NCBI GenBank assembly: GCA_051294375.1
Contig: CM119270.1
Location: forward strand, 2,170,388 to 2,234,387
Length of the DNA stretch: 64,000 nt
Origin: Paraspadella gotoi
Taxonomy: Eukaryota; Animalia; Chaetognatha
Reading direction: 5' to 3'
The translations under genes and the position numbers were made by a program. Below, in pieces: positions 39,473 to 52,593 of this stretch (the stretch's first letter is position 1; each line of letters starts with the position of its first letter). The notes under the pieces were generated by a model. That model did not search any database, had not been told where the DNA came from, and was given only the letters and a program-made list of their open reading frames with translations.

Positions 39473-42292
39473 TCTTCTAATCTCTCTCTCGTTTATCTCC
39501 TCTTTCTCTCTCTCTTAAATATCTCCCTCCTTTTCTGCCGCGCACCATCTTGCTCGATCTTCCACAAAATTTTTTTAAATGAATTTTACATTTTTTCTAA
39601 TATTTTTATCTTTTCCACTTATGTCGATCTAGTTTTTCATCTCCGCTCGTTTTTATTTTTGTGGGGCGGGTTGTTTAAAATTTTCGTTTTAAAATGAATT
39701 AGAGTTTTTAAAATTTGTTTTCTTTTTGATTGAAATAAGACGAGACAATTCATTTTTTCAGTATCTGTTAAGTTGTCATATAAAAATAACGACAGTGCAC
39801 ATTGCACATTGCGCATTGCACACTGCACGATGAACAATTTTTATACATCAAAAAATTTGTATTCATTCAGAAAATTAGCTAAATAAATTAACCCCTGAAA
39901 ACTGACTTGATAGGCTAAGTTGGCTTAACGCTTCAGTCCCTATTGATCTTAAGAGATAATCCAGGCAAGCTTGGTAATACGGAAGTGAATAAACAAGAGC
40001 TTGAGAGAGACTTGATTAAAAGCTTGCAGGGACCTGCTATGTCGTTATCTTGTAAGAGTAATGAATGCCTTAAACCACTATAACCTGTCCGAAGTCAGGG
40101 GCAAGATTGTTTATTTATTAAATAAACTGATTATTTTTTATATCCTGTACTAATTTCATATTGGTCGATGATTGTATTCGAAATTATCTTTTATTAATTA
40201 TTTACTCACAGCGACATCTCACGCCCCTCCCTTTTCGTCCGCCCGTTTCCCTTCATTCGTTTTAAATAGTTTTTTCTCATTTCTCATATTTTTCTCTTCT
40301 CTAATTTCAACTTGAATTCCTTTTTTTAAAAACCGGAAATGACGCCGAACCCCGACGATGCCCCTTCTACATTCCTAAACCCTTTTATAACTTCCCTCCA
40401 CATAGCACCCATTCCACGCACGCCGCCGTGCTTCTCTTTCTTTCTTTCTTTATTTCTCTGTCCCCCTCTCTCTCTCTCTCTCTCTTTTTGTCTCTATCTC
40501 TATCTCTTTCTATCTCTTTCTCTCCCTCTCCCTCTCTCTCTCTCCCTCTGTCTCTCTCTCTCTCTCTCCCGTGGCGTCGCCATTTTAAGGACGGCGCCAA
40601 TCCGAAACGGCGCCATCTTTCAAATCTCCAAAGTCGAACCTTTTCTAATTTTCGAAATCAGGGACCCTTGAAATCGCAGGGCGTTTGTTTGTTAGGGGGG
40701 AGAAAGAGTAGGTGGGTGGGGGGAAGTGAGAGAAGGGCGGGTAAGGAGGTAGGGGTGAGTTTGGGGGTTGTGCTAGGGGCTGAGGAGTGAAGAGTGAGAA
40801 AGAAAGAGTGATCGTGATCGTGATTGTGATTAAAATCGGTGACGTGACAAATTCCGTCGGATTGAGGAAATGAATGAAATGATGAATGTGAATTGTGAAA
40901 ATCTGTGGACGATGGACTGGATTCTGTCTTTTTTCATTGTGTTAAAGATTAAGTGGGTTAAAGACTGTGAGAAGAGATAAGTTTTAACTATTCACATTGG
41001 ATTAAAAATAGTTTTAAAATGATTGAAATAGACATTTGAGTCAAGAGGAATAACGAATTTAAAGTTACAATATTTAATTAGAGAGGTTGAAAATAAATAA
41101 GTTCATTATAGGAATTTTTGTTTGATTTTGGCGCCAAATTTTTGTAAACATATCATGAAATATAACAATTATTCAATCATTCAATAAACAGGCTATCTTG
41201 CCCCTGAGTTTTAACAGGATAGGATAATAAAATAGCAGAACCCTTTCAATCAAGATTTTCTCTTACCAATCAGTAAAGCGATACATTTTTTTTTAACTGT
41301 TTCACTTTTTATTTCACAAATAACTCAAATTCTTATCCTCAGTTCCAACAAGGCGCCCAAGTCTCTCTTCTTTTTTTCGTTTCTCCTTGAAACTTTTTTC
41401 TTTCCCCAAAAAATTATCAAATCCCCCAAAGTATCTAATGTTTACGTCGTTAACCCGACTTTTGAAAAAAAAAATTGTAACTCGGTACATTAACGCTTAC
41501 AATTTACAAACGCTCCCACTGTAATTGGCTCATGAGGAAAACCGAAAATACAGTAATACACCTTTGGGGTTGAAAACGATGGTCGGTGAATGAGGAAGCG
41601 TCTGAGTGGGAAGATGTTTATGGCGCTAAGGAAAACTCTGTGAGTAGAGACGGTTACGTTGTGATTTCTTTGAATATTCGTTGAATGGTGATAGCAATGC
41701 CCGACCCAGACTCAGTGGAAGCGAAAACGTGAGAGAACTTTTTACTGCACAGAAATCTTTTTGGATAGTTATTTAATTTCACATCGTTCGACGTTTTTAT
41801 GCGGACTGATCTTAGTAAATTTCAATTGGTTAACCTTTTTTTTTCAATGACATATAGTGAAACAATTTTCATTTCTGGCGAGAAAACTATTTTTAAAACT
41901 ATTTCGTCGCAAAAACTGTTCGAGAAAAAAAGATATTTTAAAGTTTATTCATCCCAAAGTCACTGACCTTGAGGCAAAAATGAAAAGCAGAAAGCAAAAA
42001 AAAAAAAGCGAGTCGAAAAGTAAGTCTTAAATCGAGCATCAGTGGCTGGCATCAGTGGCTCGCAACTGGCACCTGTAAAAAACCTCTTTAAGTTCGGCTC
42101 ATATGATAACGAGATTCCGGATTACGTATGCTCCCCTCCGGACGATTACAGAACCACAGACGGTCATAGCCATATATTGCCTCGTGAATTAAACATTCCC
42201 GCTTAATTTGCCGGACTATTTCCCGCCAAATTTTCTCTCATTTTTTGAGGAAGAAAGAGAGAGAGAGAGAGAAAGACAGAGAGACAGAGAGA

Positions 42293-42342
<50 letters not shown>

Positions 42343-43103
42343 GAGAGAGAGAATACTTTACTTTCCTCATCACTTGATGCGTCTTTTCCCAAAGCTTTGA
42401 TATCAGTAATTCTTTCCTTTACTGTAATTTTATAATATTTTTCTATCTCATCTCTTTACTTTTTACTTCCTTTTTTATTCCTGATTCTCTCATTTAAAAT
42501 ATCATGACTGCACTTTGCTGACTTTCATCTCTCCCTTTCACTCTTTGCGTATTTTTTCCTATTTTACAATTCTCTGTTTCCCTTTTTTTCTTGTCTCAAC
42601 TTTTCTTTCTCATTTCCTTTCTTTTATTCTCTTTGTCTCTTTCTCTTTTTTATTCTCTTATTCTCTTCCTCTCTTTTATTCTCTTTCTCTCTTCCTTCTT
42701 TTTATTCTCTTTCTCGCTTCTTATTTTTTATTCTTTTTCTCTTTTCCTCTCTTTTATTCTCTTATTCTCTTCCTATCTTTTATTCTCTTTCTCTTTTTTA
42801 TTCTCTTTCACTCTTCCTCTCTTTTACTCAACCTCACATTTTCTTCTCCCCTGACATTCCTCTCTCTTTCTCTGCATCGTCGGTCTCGACTTATCGAACC
42901 CCTCATAATTGGAAAACCCCTCTATATTGAACCCCTCTTTTCTCTCTCTCTCAACCTGTCTAATCCCTCTCTCTCCCCCCTCTTATCTCCTCTCTCTCAA
43001 ACCTCTCTAATCCCTTTTCCCTCTCTTTCCTTCCTCCTTCTTCTGCTCCTCTCATCCTCCCTCCACCCCCTCCCCACCAACCCCTCCTCCCCTTTCCGGC
43101 CAG

Positions 43104-43619
43104 GTCACCGGCGTGGGTCGGCCGGGCGGAGCTTTGTCCGCCATTTTTTTCCTCGCGGGTTTCATCCTCTACCTCCGGGTCGCCGGAAAGAGGAGGAGGA
43201 GCGGGAAGAGGAGCGGAGGAAGAGGAGCGAGAGGAAGAGGAGCGAGACAACCTCCCCGTCCTTGCTTCGCCTTTGAATGGAGCAGAGTTTGGAATTTTTC
43301 AGTTCGTGAAAAATCTTGCGAGAGAGAATCTGACCTCGCGACTGCCACCGCCTCTTCCTTCCTCTCACTCTTCTCCTCTTCCTCCTCCCTCCTCCTTCTC
43401 CATTGTGGCTCGCCCTTTCTCGTCTCCTTTTTCGCCGTGGAGAGAGAGAGGGAGAGGGAGAGAGAGAGGTGGAGGCGGGAGTGTCGACTCTCAACCGTGG
43501 ACGACGACGACGACGACACGCGCGACGAACGACGGCGACGAGGACCTCGGAAACGCAGCCCCTAGGGGGACTGTTGGCGTGGGCGATTCTAGTCGTCGAG
43601 AGGATTTTCTGCAGAGGAG
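43104..43619 (+). CDS. TMTC3-like exon (VTGVVGRAEL-like motif plus TM helix plus long low-complexity loop)
   Basis: Acceptor CCCCTTTCCGGCCAG|GTC in phase 0, matching the previous exon. GTC ACC GGC GTG (G)GTC GGC CGG GCG GAG CTT reads VTGVVGRAEL with compensating indels, then SAIFFLAGFILYLR. The putative donor GAG|GTGAGC needs a further frameshift, so the 3' end is less sure. Confidence 0.72.
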
Positions 43620-44235
43620 GTGAGCATGATGATGAATGATGGTGATGATGATGATGATGGTAAGAGTATAAGATGATGATGAATGATGAGTGATGGTAAA
43701 CAGTAAAGTTGAATAAATATGAATGCGATGATGAATGATGATGATGATGAATTATTTAACGATTGTGTGATGATTATGATGATGATGATGGTGATGATGA
43801 TGATTATGATTGTCAAGTAAAGATGATTATGATGATGATGATGATTAACGTAAGATGAGAAGTTGTATAAAGATGATATGATGATGATGATGATGATGAT
43901 GAAATTGGTTAATGGTGATAAAGATTATATTTTGATAATGATGATAAAAAATTATTATAACGACGATGATAATGAAGTTGATCATGAAGATGACATGGGT
44001 TTGATTACGCTGATGATTTGAACGATGACAACGGTCAATATTATGAACGGTCAAACTGGGCATTGCTAAATGAACTTATGGTCACGACTGCATAGAGAGG
44101 CGTTGATCCTGAGCAATGACTGTGAGAATGAAGATTATGATGATGAATAATGATTACGATGATGATGTTGATGTAATGATGATGATGAATAAAACGATAA
44201 AGATGATGATGATTATTATTGATGATGATGATGAT

Positions 44236-44267
<32 letters not shown>

Positions 44268-44397
44268 TAAGGAAGATGATCGTTATTAGGACTGCTTTCG
44301 ATGGCTGATGATGATAAAGATATGATAATATATAAAGTTTAATTAAATCTTTGACCAAGACGTTGACGTCTGTCAATGAAGTCAAAGAACAACAACA

Positions 44398-44428
<31 letters not shown>

Positions 44429-46189
44429 CTTCTGCATAAAAATGTATTAAGATAGATATGTCGCTCCGCGCTTAAAAAAAAATCTGAAAGAACGAAAGCG
44501 GTTTCTGATAATTTTGGTTCCTCGCATTTTTGAACCAGTAGCGCAGTAAATATTAAAACCATGGATGATTTCTAAAAACTGCAGTGTTTTTGGGCTATCC
44601 AACGCCGCCGGAACAAAGAAATCCATAAAGGTCTTGACTAAAAAATACTGAAAATAAACACGCACGGCGCTTAGTCTGAATTCTTTTTAATTTTTTTTTA
44701 TTTTGGCGATTTTACTGTATAAGTCAAATATAAATATACAGCAGTCATGCACTGATTCCGATTCTGTTGGGTTTAGCCTAACTGTCAAGCACATAACGAA
44801 CAAAATGAATTGACCTCATAGTAAAAATAATAGCAATTAATCCAATTTTTTTTCTCAAAATTTGTTGTCATTTTTTGTTTCTTAACTGTTTTTTGCCAAA
44901 CATGCCCCTTTAAAATTATAAAAATAAAGATTAGCTAATGAAACTACAATGTCTTAGGTACATTTCGTTGCCGGAACAAAGAAAATTCATTGATTTTATA
45001 GTATCAATATGGAGCCTTGAAATAACTCATTTTCTTTGCAATTTACCTCTTTATTGATAAAAGCCTTGTATTATAATAAAAAATAAAAAACAACAATTTT
45101 AACCATAACAGCTACATGCATTAGCGTGTTATTAAAAGAGTGTAGTGCTTTTTTTAATAAAAAAATGTTTATATTAATATAGCTAAGGGCATTATGCAAA
45201 GGTTTTAATTTGCACCTGAAGATGACAAAAATTTAAAAAATCTGATAATATAGCCTTTTAGCCCCTATGTCAGTAGTTTATTAAAATCAGCCGGAACAAA
45301 GTTTGAAACTCCTAAATTTCATATATTTAAATCATATGTTTTTAACGTTCCTACATGAATTTTTTATTTTTTTTGTTTTCAACAAAAATGATTAATTCAT
45401 TATCCTTGAGTAATTATATAAACATTTGAGGTATAGAAAATTTTGTTTATAATCAGAAACATAATTCAATCTTTTCTCTTTCAGATCTATATTTATTTAT
45501 TTTTTTAAATACAGCCAAGTGTGTTTAATTTAATTTCAAAAGTTGTTATACTTTTGACTAAGATTCCGATCCAGATTTTAAAAAAATCCGTGGAAATATT
45601 TAAGAAAAATTATATGGAAAAGATGCCACCCATAATTATGGCCTTAATATGATACCCAGTCTCAATCGTTCTATGCATTTTTGGTTCAAAAGATATTTAA
45701 AGAAAATCAATTTTTTATTACCAATTAAGACACTCAGCAAAGCTAAAAAATTTAAGTGGAACCAAAAAGAAAAATTTAACGACGCAGATTTGTTTTAAAA
45801 ATTGGGCATGGAAAATGACCCATTTTTTGTAGATTATTTTTCAACGCGTGGGTCAATTGATTTGAAATGTTACATCAATAATTATTGACATCATTTCCTA
45901 TCAGTAAATGTAAAAATATTTTAAAAAACATTATAAATGACCAGATAACTTGCCTATCTAATTAAGATTTAATGCGATTTTTTTCGCGAGGAAGTTTTTT
46001 TCGATAAATTTCCCCAGAATTTCTATTCGCGTCAAACACTTCGATTAATTATCATCGAACTGCGACGCATTTAATTAGTCCTTATTTTACAAAGAACGAC
46101 CCATTTCATGTTAGCATCGCAGATGGAATCTGAACCAAAAAATGGAATCAGATTTGCGACTCGGATAAAATCTACCGAAGATTAAGCTA

Positions 46190-46653
46190 ATTTTTTTTTT
46201 TAAACAAAGATTAGGTATGAGGTTAGGGTTTAAGATTAGGTTAGTTTACAAAGAGAGAGTTTTTATTTTAACAAAACAACGATTTATTTGTGATTTATTT
46301 ACACTTATACTTTATAAATATTTTGCGCTGATGAAGGTTTGAACAAGAACCAAAGTATGTACCTTTTTAATAAATTAATAATTGTTTTGTTAAAATGAAA
46401 ACTCTTTACTTTGTAAACTAATTCCAAAACATAAAAAAATCTAAAAAAAATTATACAAAGATAAGGATAGTAATTAGATTAGGTAAGTGATTAGTGTTTA
46501 TGATTAGGGATTTAGGTTAGTGATTAGGGTTAATGTTTAATAAACTGTTAATAAACTATTTGGGTTACAAGTTTAAGATTATATTTAGGTTAAAAATTAG
46601 GGTTAAAATCAAATTCCAGGATAAAGGAAAAGAAGCTCTCGGAAAAGAGAGCC
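46190..46653. mobile_element. Probable third copy of the small TIR / TTAGGG-like element
   Basis: Interior TTAGGG/TTAGGT units; right end CGGAAAAGAGAGCC closely matches the reverse complement of the 23519 terminus. Left end not defined. Confidence 0.4.
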
Positions 46654-46762
46654 CATACCTATTTTTCCCTGCGACCCCCACACTCGCCCTAAACCCTCTC
46701 GCTTTTATTTATTTTTTAACATTGTTTTGCTTTAAGTCAAATTCTATGCTTTTGTTTTTCAG

Positions 46763-46797
46763 AATCCTACGAAAAGACGCAGAGCCGAGTTCAGAAG
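46763..46797 (+). CDS. Putative TMTC loop micro-exon (35 nt)
   Basis: TTTGTTTTTCAG|...AAG|GTAAAA; phase 1 to 0 gives (E)SYEKTQSRVQK, compatible with neighbouring exons. No homology evidence. Confidence 0.45.
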
Positions 46798-47038
46798 GTA
46801 AAATTCGTTACCGTGATTTTCTTTGAATGGATGTAATAGTTATAGTTATAGTTATAAATACTATAGTAAGCTAACAAAACGAAAATATTCAAAACAAGTT
46901 ATGTAGCTTTCAAGATCTTTATCGATTAAGGATTTTGAGAATTCTACATTTTTCATTTTCCTGTTTTTTGTTTTTATCTTTTTCTATTTACATTTTTGTA
47001 GTAAAATTAATGTCGCTACTTTTTCTTCTTTTATTCAG

Positions 47039-47119
47039 TTGATAAATTCCATGAAAAAAGGAACAAAACGAGAAAATTATATCTCCTCACAAAATTTATG
47101 GTCGAGACGAATTGAAAAG
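47039..47119 (+). CDS. Putative TMTC loop exon (81 nt)
   Basis: TTTTATTCAG|...AAG|GTAGGA; open phase 0-0 reading LINSMKKGTKRENYISSQNLWSRRIEK. Confidence 0.45.
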
Positions 47120-47122
47120 GTA

Positions 47123-47197
<75 letters not shown>

Positions 47198-47921
47198 GGA
47201 TGATTTTTAAACCATGATTAGAAAAACACCTCCATCTGAAAAATAAACAAACGAGGAAAAAGGTTTTGTGGTTTTATTAAATTCAAGAATGAAAAAAAAT
47301 ATGTACAAACAAACCAAAAAAAATAAATAACTAAAGGTTCATGAAAATTTAAAAATTACTCGTTTTACTCGACTAAATTTTAAAATTAAAGTAAAAACAT
47401 AAAAAAGTTTACATATTTTATTGAAATGTTATATTGAAAAATGCAAAATGAATGAAATGTCGCCGGTTCGAAGAATTATTCATGAACCCGAAGTTCGATA
47501 CTGCGAATTTTCTTTTTCCTGACCTTTTTTTCCCTTTTGACTTTTTAAGATGAAGAGAGAGATTTTTCCTTTTGGACTTTCAAGAATGAAAATGAAATAA
47601 AAAGAAATGAAAGCGAGTGAATAACAAAAACATTAATCGAGGGAAAAAAGTTAATTTATTCCTTTATTTCGATTTTTTTTTTTTTTTAAGAGAAAATTAT
47701 TGGGGAAAGAAGAAAAAGAAAGGGGGAAAGAAAGAAAAAAAATAATCAATACACACTTCCAAATACAATGAATAATAAAGTACTAAAAAAAAGTTTATAT
47801 AAATGTACGAGATAGAAATTAAATAAATCAATGAAATAAATAAATCGGGTAAAAAACATCTTTGAGAGAAAACACGGTTCAACTCAAATTGTAATTTCGT
47901 GTCCTCGTCTTTTTTTTCCAG

Positions 47922-48272
47922 ACTCCTGCCGCCTTCTCCTCCTGCTCTCCTCCGCGCCCTCCTCCCTGTCACCCTGTCCATGCTCCTCGCCCTCCTCCTC
48001 CCAGTCCTCTCTGGAGACGAATTCCCGCCGGACGACGGAAAGGCCGAGAATCGCCGGAGGAGACGCGACAACTGAGGAACGAAGCCAGGCGCGCCGTCCA
48101 CACGCCCTGCGCGGCACGAGGCCCGCTTGCGACGCCCCCTGTTTCGTTTCGGCCTCCGTCCCTGTCGACGGAAAGCCCTGCGCTACTGCTTCCCAACCGT
48201 CGTCTGCCGGGGTTGGCGGCGCTTGTTGTGCAAGGAACAGGCGCGTGCCAACCCTGCGTCGGCGTCTGTTTC
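47922..48272 (+). CDS. TMTC3-like exon containing the KEQG motif (noisy, 3' end not seen)
   Basis: Acceptor TTTTTTTCCAG; Pro-rich segment, then LFRFGLRPCRRKALRYCFPTVVC..LLCKEQ and GTCGGCGTCTGTTTC (VGVCF), matching TMTC3 LCKEQGITVVGIC with indels. Confidence 0.68.
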
Positions 48273-48274
48273 GG

Positions 48275-48690
48275 ATGGAGATGGTGGAGAATGGTTAAGG
48301 CGAAAGAGACAATGGGGGTGGGGTGGTGAGGGATGGAGTGTGGAGAATGGTTAAGCGGTGAAAGGGAAGGGTGGGTGGTGAGGGACTGGAGGCATGGTGG
48401 AGATGGATTAAGGTGAAAGGAGGAGGGGTGGGGCTGGTGAGGGACATGAAGATGGTGGAGATGGTTAAGGGCTGAAAAGGAAGGGGGTGGGCGGTGGTGA
48501 GGGATGGAGATGGTGGAGATGGTTAAGGTGAAGAGGGAAGGGGGGGGAGTGGTGAGGGAATGCGAGATGGTGGAAGAATGGTTAAGGTGGAAAGGGAAGG
48601 GTGGTGAGCGGTGCGTGAAGGGATGGAGATGGTGGAGATGGTTAAGGTGAAAGGGGGGGTGGGGTGGCTGAGGGAATGGACGGTGGTGAA
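48275..48690. repeat. G-rich ~52-55-bp minisatellite, about 8 copies
   Basis: GGTGGTGAGGGATGGAGATGGTGGAGATGGTTAAGGTGAAAGGGAAGGGGT-like units. Confidence 0.88.
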
Positions 48691-49041
48691 GACGTGGGAT
48701 AGATGATTTTAAGCGCCAAGGTTTAAGAGCGAGGGATGTAAAAGGGCAAGGTATAATTTAGGGAGCCAAGGAATATTTAGAGCAAAGGAATGATCATGCA
48801 AAGGTTGTAAAATGTGGTATCAGGTGATGTTTAAAAGACTTTAAAAGTGGAAAAATGTTAAGAAGAGGATCTGATAATAAAAGATAAGAGAAGAATTTTA
48901 AAAAGGGCAACGGATGTTACAGGAATGATTAAGGGTGGGGGGGAGTGAGGGAGCCAAGGGTGCGAGGTGATATTGAATACTCGCACGATCGCAAGAAATA
49001 GAANNNNNNNNNNNNNNNNNNNNNNNNNCAGATTGACATAC

Positions 49042-49572
49042 AAAAAAGAAATGAACGAGAGTGAATAACAAAAACATTAATCGAGGGGAAAAAAGTTAAT
49101 TTATTCCTTTATTTCGATTTTTTTTTTTTTTTAAGAGAAAATTATTGGGAAAGAAGAAAAAGAAAGGGGGAAAGAAAGAAAAATATAATCAAATACACAC
49201 TTCCAAATACAATGAATAATAAAGTACTAAAAAAGTTTATATAATGTACGAGATAGAAAATTAAATAAATCAATGAAATAAATAAATCGGGTAAAAAACA
49301 TCTTTGAGAGAAAACGGTTCAACTCAAATTGTAATTTGTGTCCTTCTTTTTTTTCCAGACTCTGCCGCCTTCTCCTCCTGCTCCTCCTCCCGCACCTCTC
49401 CTTCATGCTCCTTCTCAATGGCTCTCCTCCTCCCCCTCCCTTCCTCTCCTCCCCAATCCTCCTCTGGAAGACATTTCCCCGGACGAACGGAAAGGCCGAG
49501 ATCGACGGGGAGACCGAAACTGAGGACGAGCAGGCTCCCCACCCCCTGCGCGGCATCGAGGCCGCCTTCGAG
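49042..49572 (+). repeat. Direct duplicate of about 47599-48130, including a truncated copy of the TMTC exon start (49359-49572)
   Basis: Near-identical intronic sequence starting just right of the gap at 49004-49028. Confidence 0.85.
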
Positions 49573-49679
49573 AGATATGTGATTTGAATGGCAAGGGTTG
49601 TTATCAATGAGATAAATTAGAGAAGAGATGTTAAACATAAAGGATGTTTTTGGCAAGGAATGAGTAAAACAACATGTAA

Positions 49680-50060
49680 GGAATCAGGGATGTAAAGATA
49701 GGAGCAAGGATATTGTAAGTTAAAAATGTTAAGGGCGAGGGATGTGAAGGGCAAGGGATGTTAAGGAGAAGTGATTTGGAGAGCAAGTATATTGTAAGTG
49801 AAAGATGTTAAGGGCGAGGGATGTTAAGGGCGAGGGATGTTAAGAGGAAGTGATTTGGGGAGCAAGGATATTGTAATTGAAAGATATTAAGGGCAAGGGA
49901 TGTTAAGGGCAAGGGATGTAAAAGGGAAATGATTTGAAAAGCAAGGATATTGTAAGTGAAAGATGTTAAGCGGCGAGGGAATTTTCGAGAGATTTTTATG
50001 GCAGGGCATTTTCAGAACGAGGGATGTTAAGGGCAAAGGATGTCAAGTGCAAGGGATGTT
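49680..50060. repeat. Compound minisatellite (16-bp GATGTTAAGGGC(G/A)AGG subunits in ~78-bp higher-order units)
   Basis: Repeated GCAAGGATATTGTAAGTGAAAGATGTTAAGGGCGAGGGATGTTAAG. Confidence 0.8.
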
Positions 50061-51982
50061 TCAGCACAAGGTCAATCCAGACCGAGTGTGACTTTTGAAT
50101 CCGATGGTAACTAAATTGAGGGAAGGAGGCCAATGGGTCATCTCTTGATGGTTGTTCTCTCTCTCCGCATGAAAGACCTTGTGAACGAAATGGTAGCCAT
50201 GTGAAAGTGAAATCAAAAATATATATCGATTAAATATTCATTATGTCTTCATTAATTATACATCAATTTAAAAAAAAACCGACTCAACCTAAATTCTTAA
50301 CGTGAATATGTCGAACCTGAATGATACAGTTGAAGATCATCGTAGCATTTTAGAGTCAAGGCCCTTTGAACTTCTTCGAAAAAAGAAAATTCAATTTATA
50401 TTCGAAATTAATTTTATTTTATCTTTCAAATAAAAATTTGCTTCTCCGAACGCGAAGAAATACTTGAGATGAAATATTTATTAGTTATTTCTTAACATCC
50501 GTCCATTTATTTATTCATTTATTTATTCATTAGTTTATTAAATGATAATCTTTCATTTTCTTTCTCCTTCCTTCTCTCCATCTGCCCACCAATCCGTCCG
50601 TTCGTCCGTACACGTGTCTGTCCGTGCGCATACCATGCTAGTTCCCATCCAGTCCAGAGTCATCCATGCTCCCATACCAAGCTCCAATCGCGATTCCATC
50701 GCATCGGCAAAGTCAAGACCCAGTCTAGGATCAAGTAGCAAATCATCCATGCCATCCATGCCATCAATGCCATCCATAGCCATCCCATCCATCCATGCCG
50801 ATACCCATTCCATCGCAATCGCCATTCTATTTTCATTATCCGTCGCGTCTGGTGTTTCCATCCATTTATATGTTCCATCTTAGAACTACTTTGTTTAACC
50901 TGTCTCCTTTCTGTTCTATCCCATCTTTACACTTAACTCAGCTATCAAGACGCTGCTCTCTCTCATCCGATCAGTCCTTTCATGCCTGCTGCTCTGCCTC
51001 AAGCCATCTCTTCATCTCTCTACTCGTCTTTTCTATCATCTCTCATCTCTCAGCTTACTCTCTCCCTCGTCCTCTCGACTCTCATCGCCATCATCCTCTC
51101 TCCTCGTCGTCTCTTCTCTCTCTCTCTGCTCCGATCTTTCCTATCTCTCTCTCTCTCTGCGTCCTCTCTTCTCTCTCACTTCTCTCTCCATGTCACTCTC
51201 ACTCTCTCTCGTTCTCCACTGTCTCATCAGTCCATCTCTCGCGTCCTCAAGTCAATCTCTCTCTCCTCTGCTTTGCCTCCACCTGCCCAGCAGTGTCGAG
51301 GTTCGCAATCTGAGTAGAAAAGAAACCAAAAGTGGCGGCAGCCGATTTTTAAATGTTTTTTTATTTCGGCCAACAGCGATTTGGTTTTTGGTTCCAGAAT
51401 CAAATTCGAGTTAAGAGAGACGCAAATGTCAGAGATTGTTTGTTGTTGCTCTGTGAGATCTCCGATTGAAAATTAAGATAAATCAACGAATAAATAAAAC
51501 TCGGCTAAAAAAAATCTAGTACGACAGTAATTATAATTAATTAATGAATCTGCGTGGAGACTGCATTAAATTCGGACGATTGCTAGGTTAAATGATAGGA
51601 ATGCATCTAAATGAAAACATCACATTTTAGGAACTCGGATTAAAAGTAGAATAATTAAAAAGTGCAAGCAAAAATAAGAAAAAAGATTTAATCGCAACAC
51701 ACAAAAAGAGTGACACTGCACTCTATTCACCACGTGAGCAGAGGGGCGGGATGAATGCCCATTTATTTGCCACAAAACGAAGGCACAGAATTGCCGCGAC
51801 TCTTCAAAGGTCAAAACGAAAACAGCCAAAAAAACCTGCGAGTCACGTGTTCTCCTGCAATCACGTGAATCATCGGTTTCCATGTCGAGATGTTAGACCG
51901 CCACGTGTAGAGCAAAAAAAAGAGTGAAAAGCCTTCACGACTCAATTGCGTTTCTAGATTCACTTTGCGTGAATCGATACGC

Positions 51983-52400
51983 CTTCCTCCTCTTCATCTT
52001 CCTTCTCTTCTTCTTCTTCCTCGTCTTCATATTCTTCTTCTTCTTTTTCTTTTTCCTCCACTTCTTCCTCCTCTTTTTCTTCTTCCTCCTCCTATTCTTT
52101 CTCCTCATCTTCTTCATCCTCCTCTTCTTCTTTCTCCTCTTCTTCTTTCTCCTACTCTTCTTCCTCCTCTTTTTCCTCCTCTTATTCCTCCTCCTCCTCT
52201 TATTCTTCTTCCTTTTCTTCCTATTGTTCTTCCTCCTCTTTTTCTTCCTTTTCTTCCTCCTCTTCTTCTTTTTCCTCTTTCTCTTCTTTTTCTTCTTCCT
52301 CCTCTTTTTCCTCCTCTTCTTCCTCCTCTTCTTCTTCCTCATTTTCTTTTTCCTCCTCTTTCTATTCTTCTTCTTCTTCCTCCTCTTCTTCTTCCTCCTC
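51983..52400. repeat. Cryptic (CTT/CCT)n polypyrimidine tract
   Basis: About 420 bp of TTC/CTC triplets; source of the spurious F/L-rich and K/R-rich ORFs. Confidence 0.9.
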
Positions 52401-52527
52401 GTCCTTCTCCCTCCATTTCTCCCTCTCACCCTCTCACTCGTGGTCTCACAGAATTACCGGGCCGCTCAATCAGCCACTATAGGGAACAATTCAAGTCCGC
52501 TGGTCCGTTTGTCTGTCTGTTTTTTCT

Positions 52528-52593
<66 letters not shown>

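Noticed and set aside
44445-46190. AT-rich block with GCCGGAACAAAG three times (possible DNA transposon)
   Set aside because: I could not define termini, a TSD or a coding remnant.
50553-50861. Met/Asp/Gly-rich ORF (MDGMAMDGIDGMDG)
   Set aside because: Explained by decayed (ATGG)n repeat; no recognisable family.
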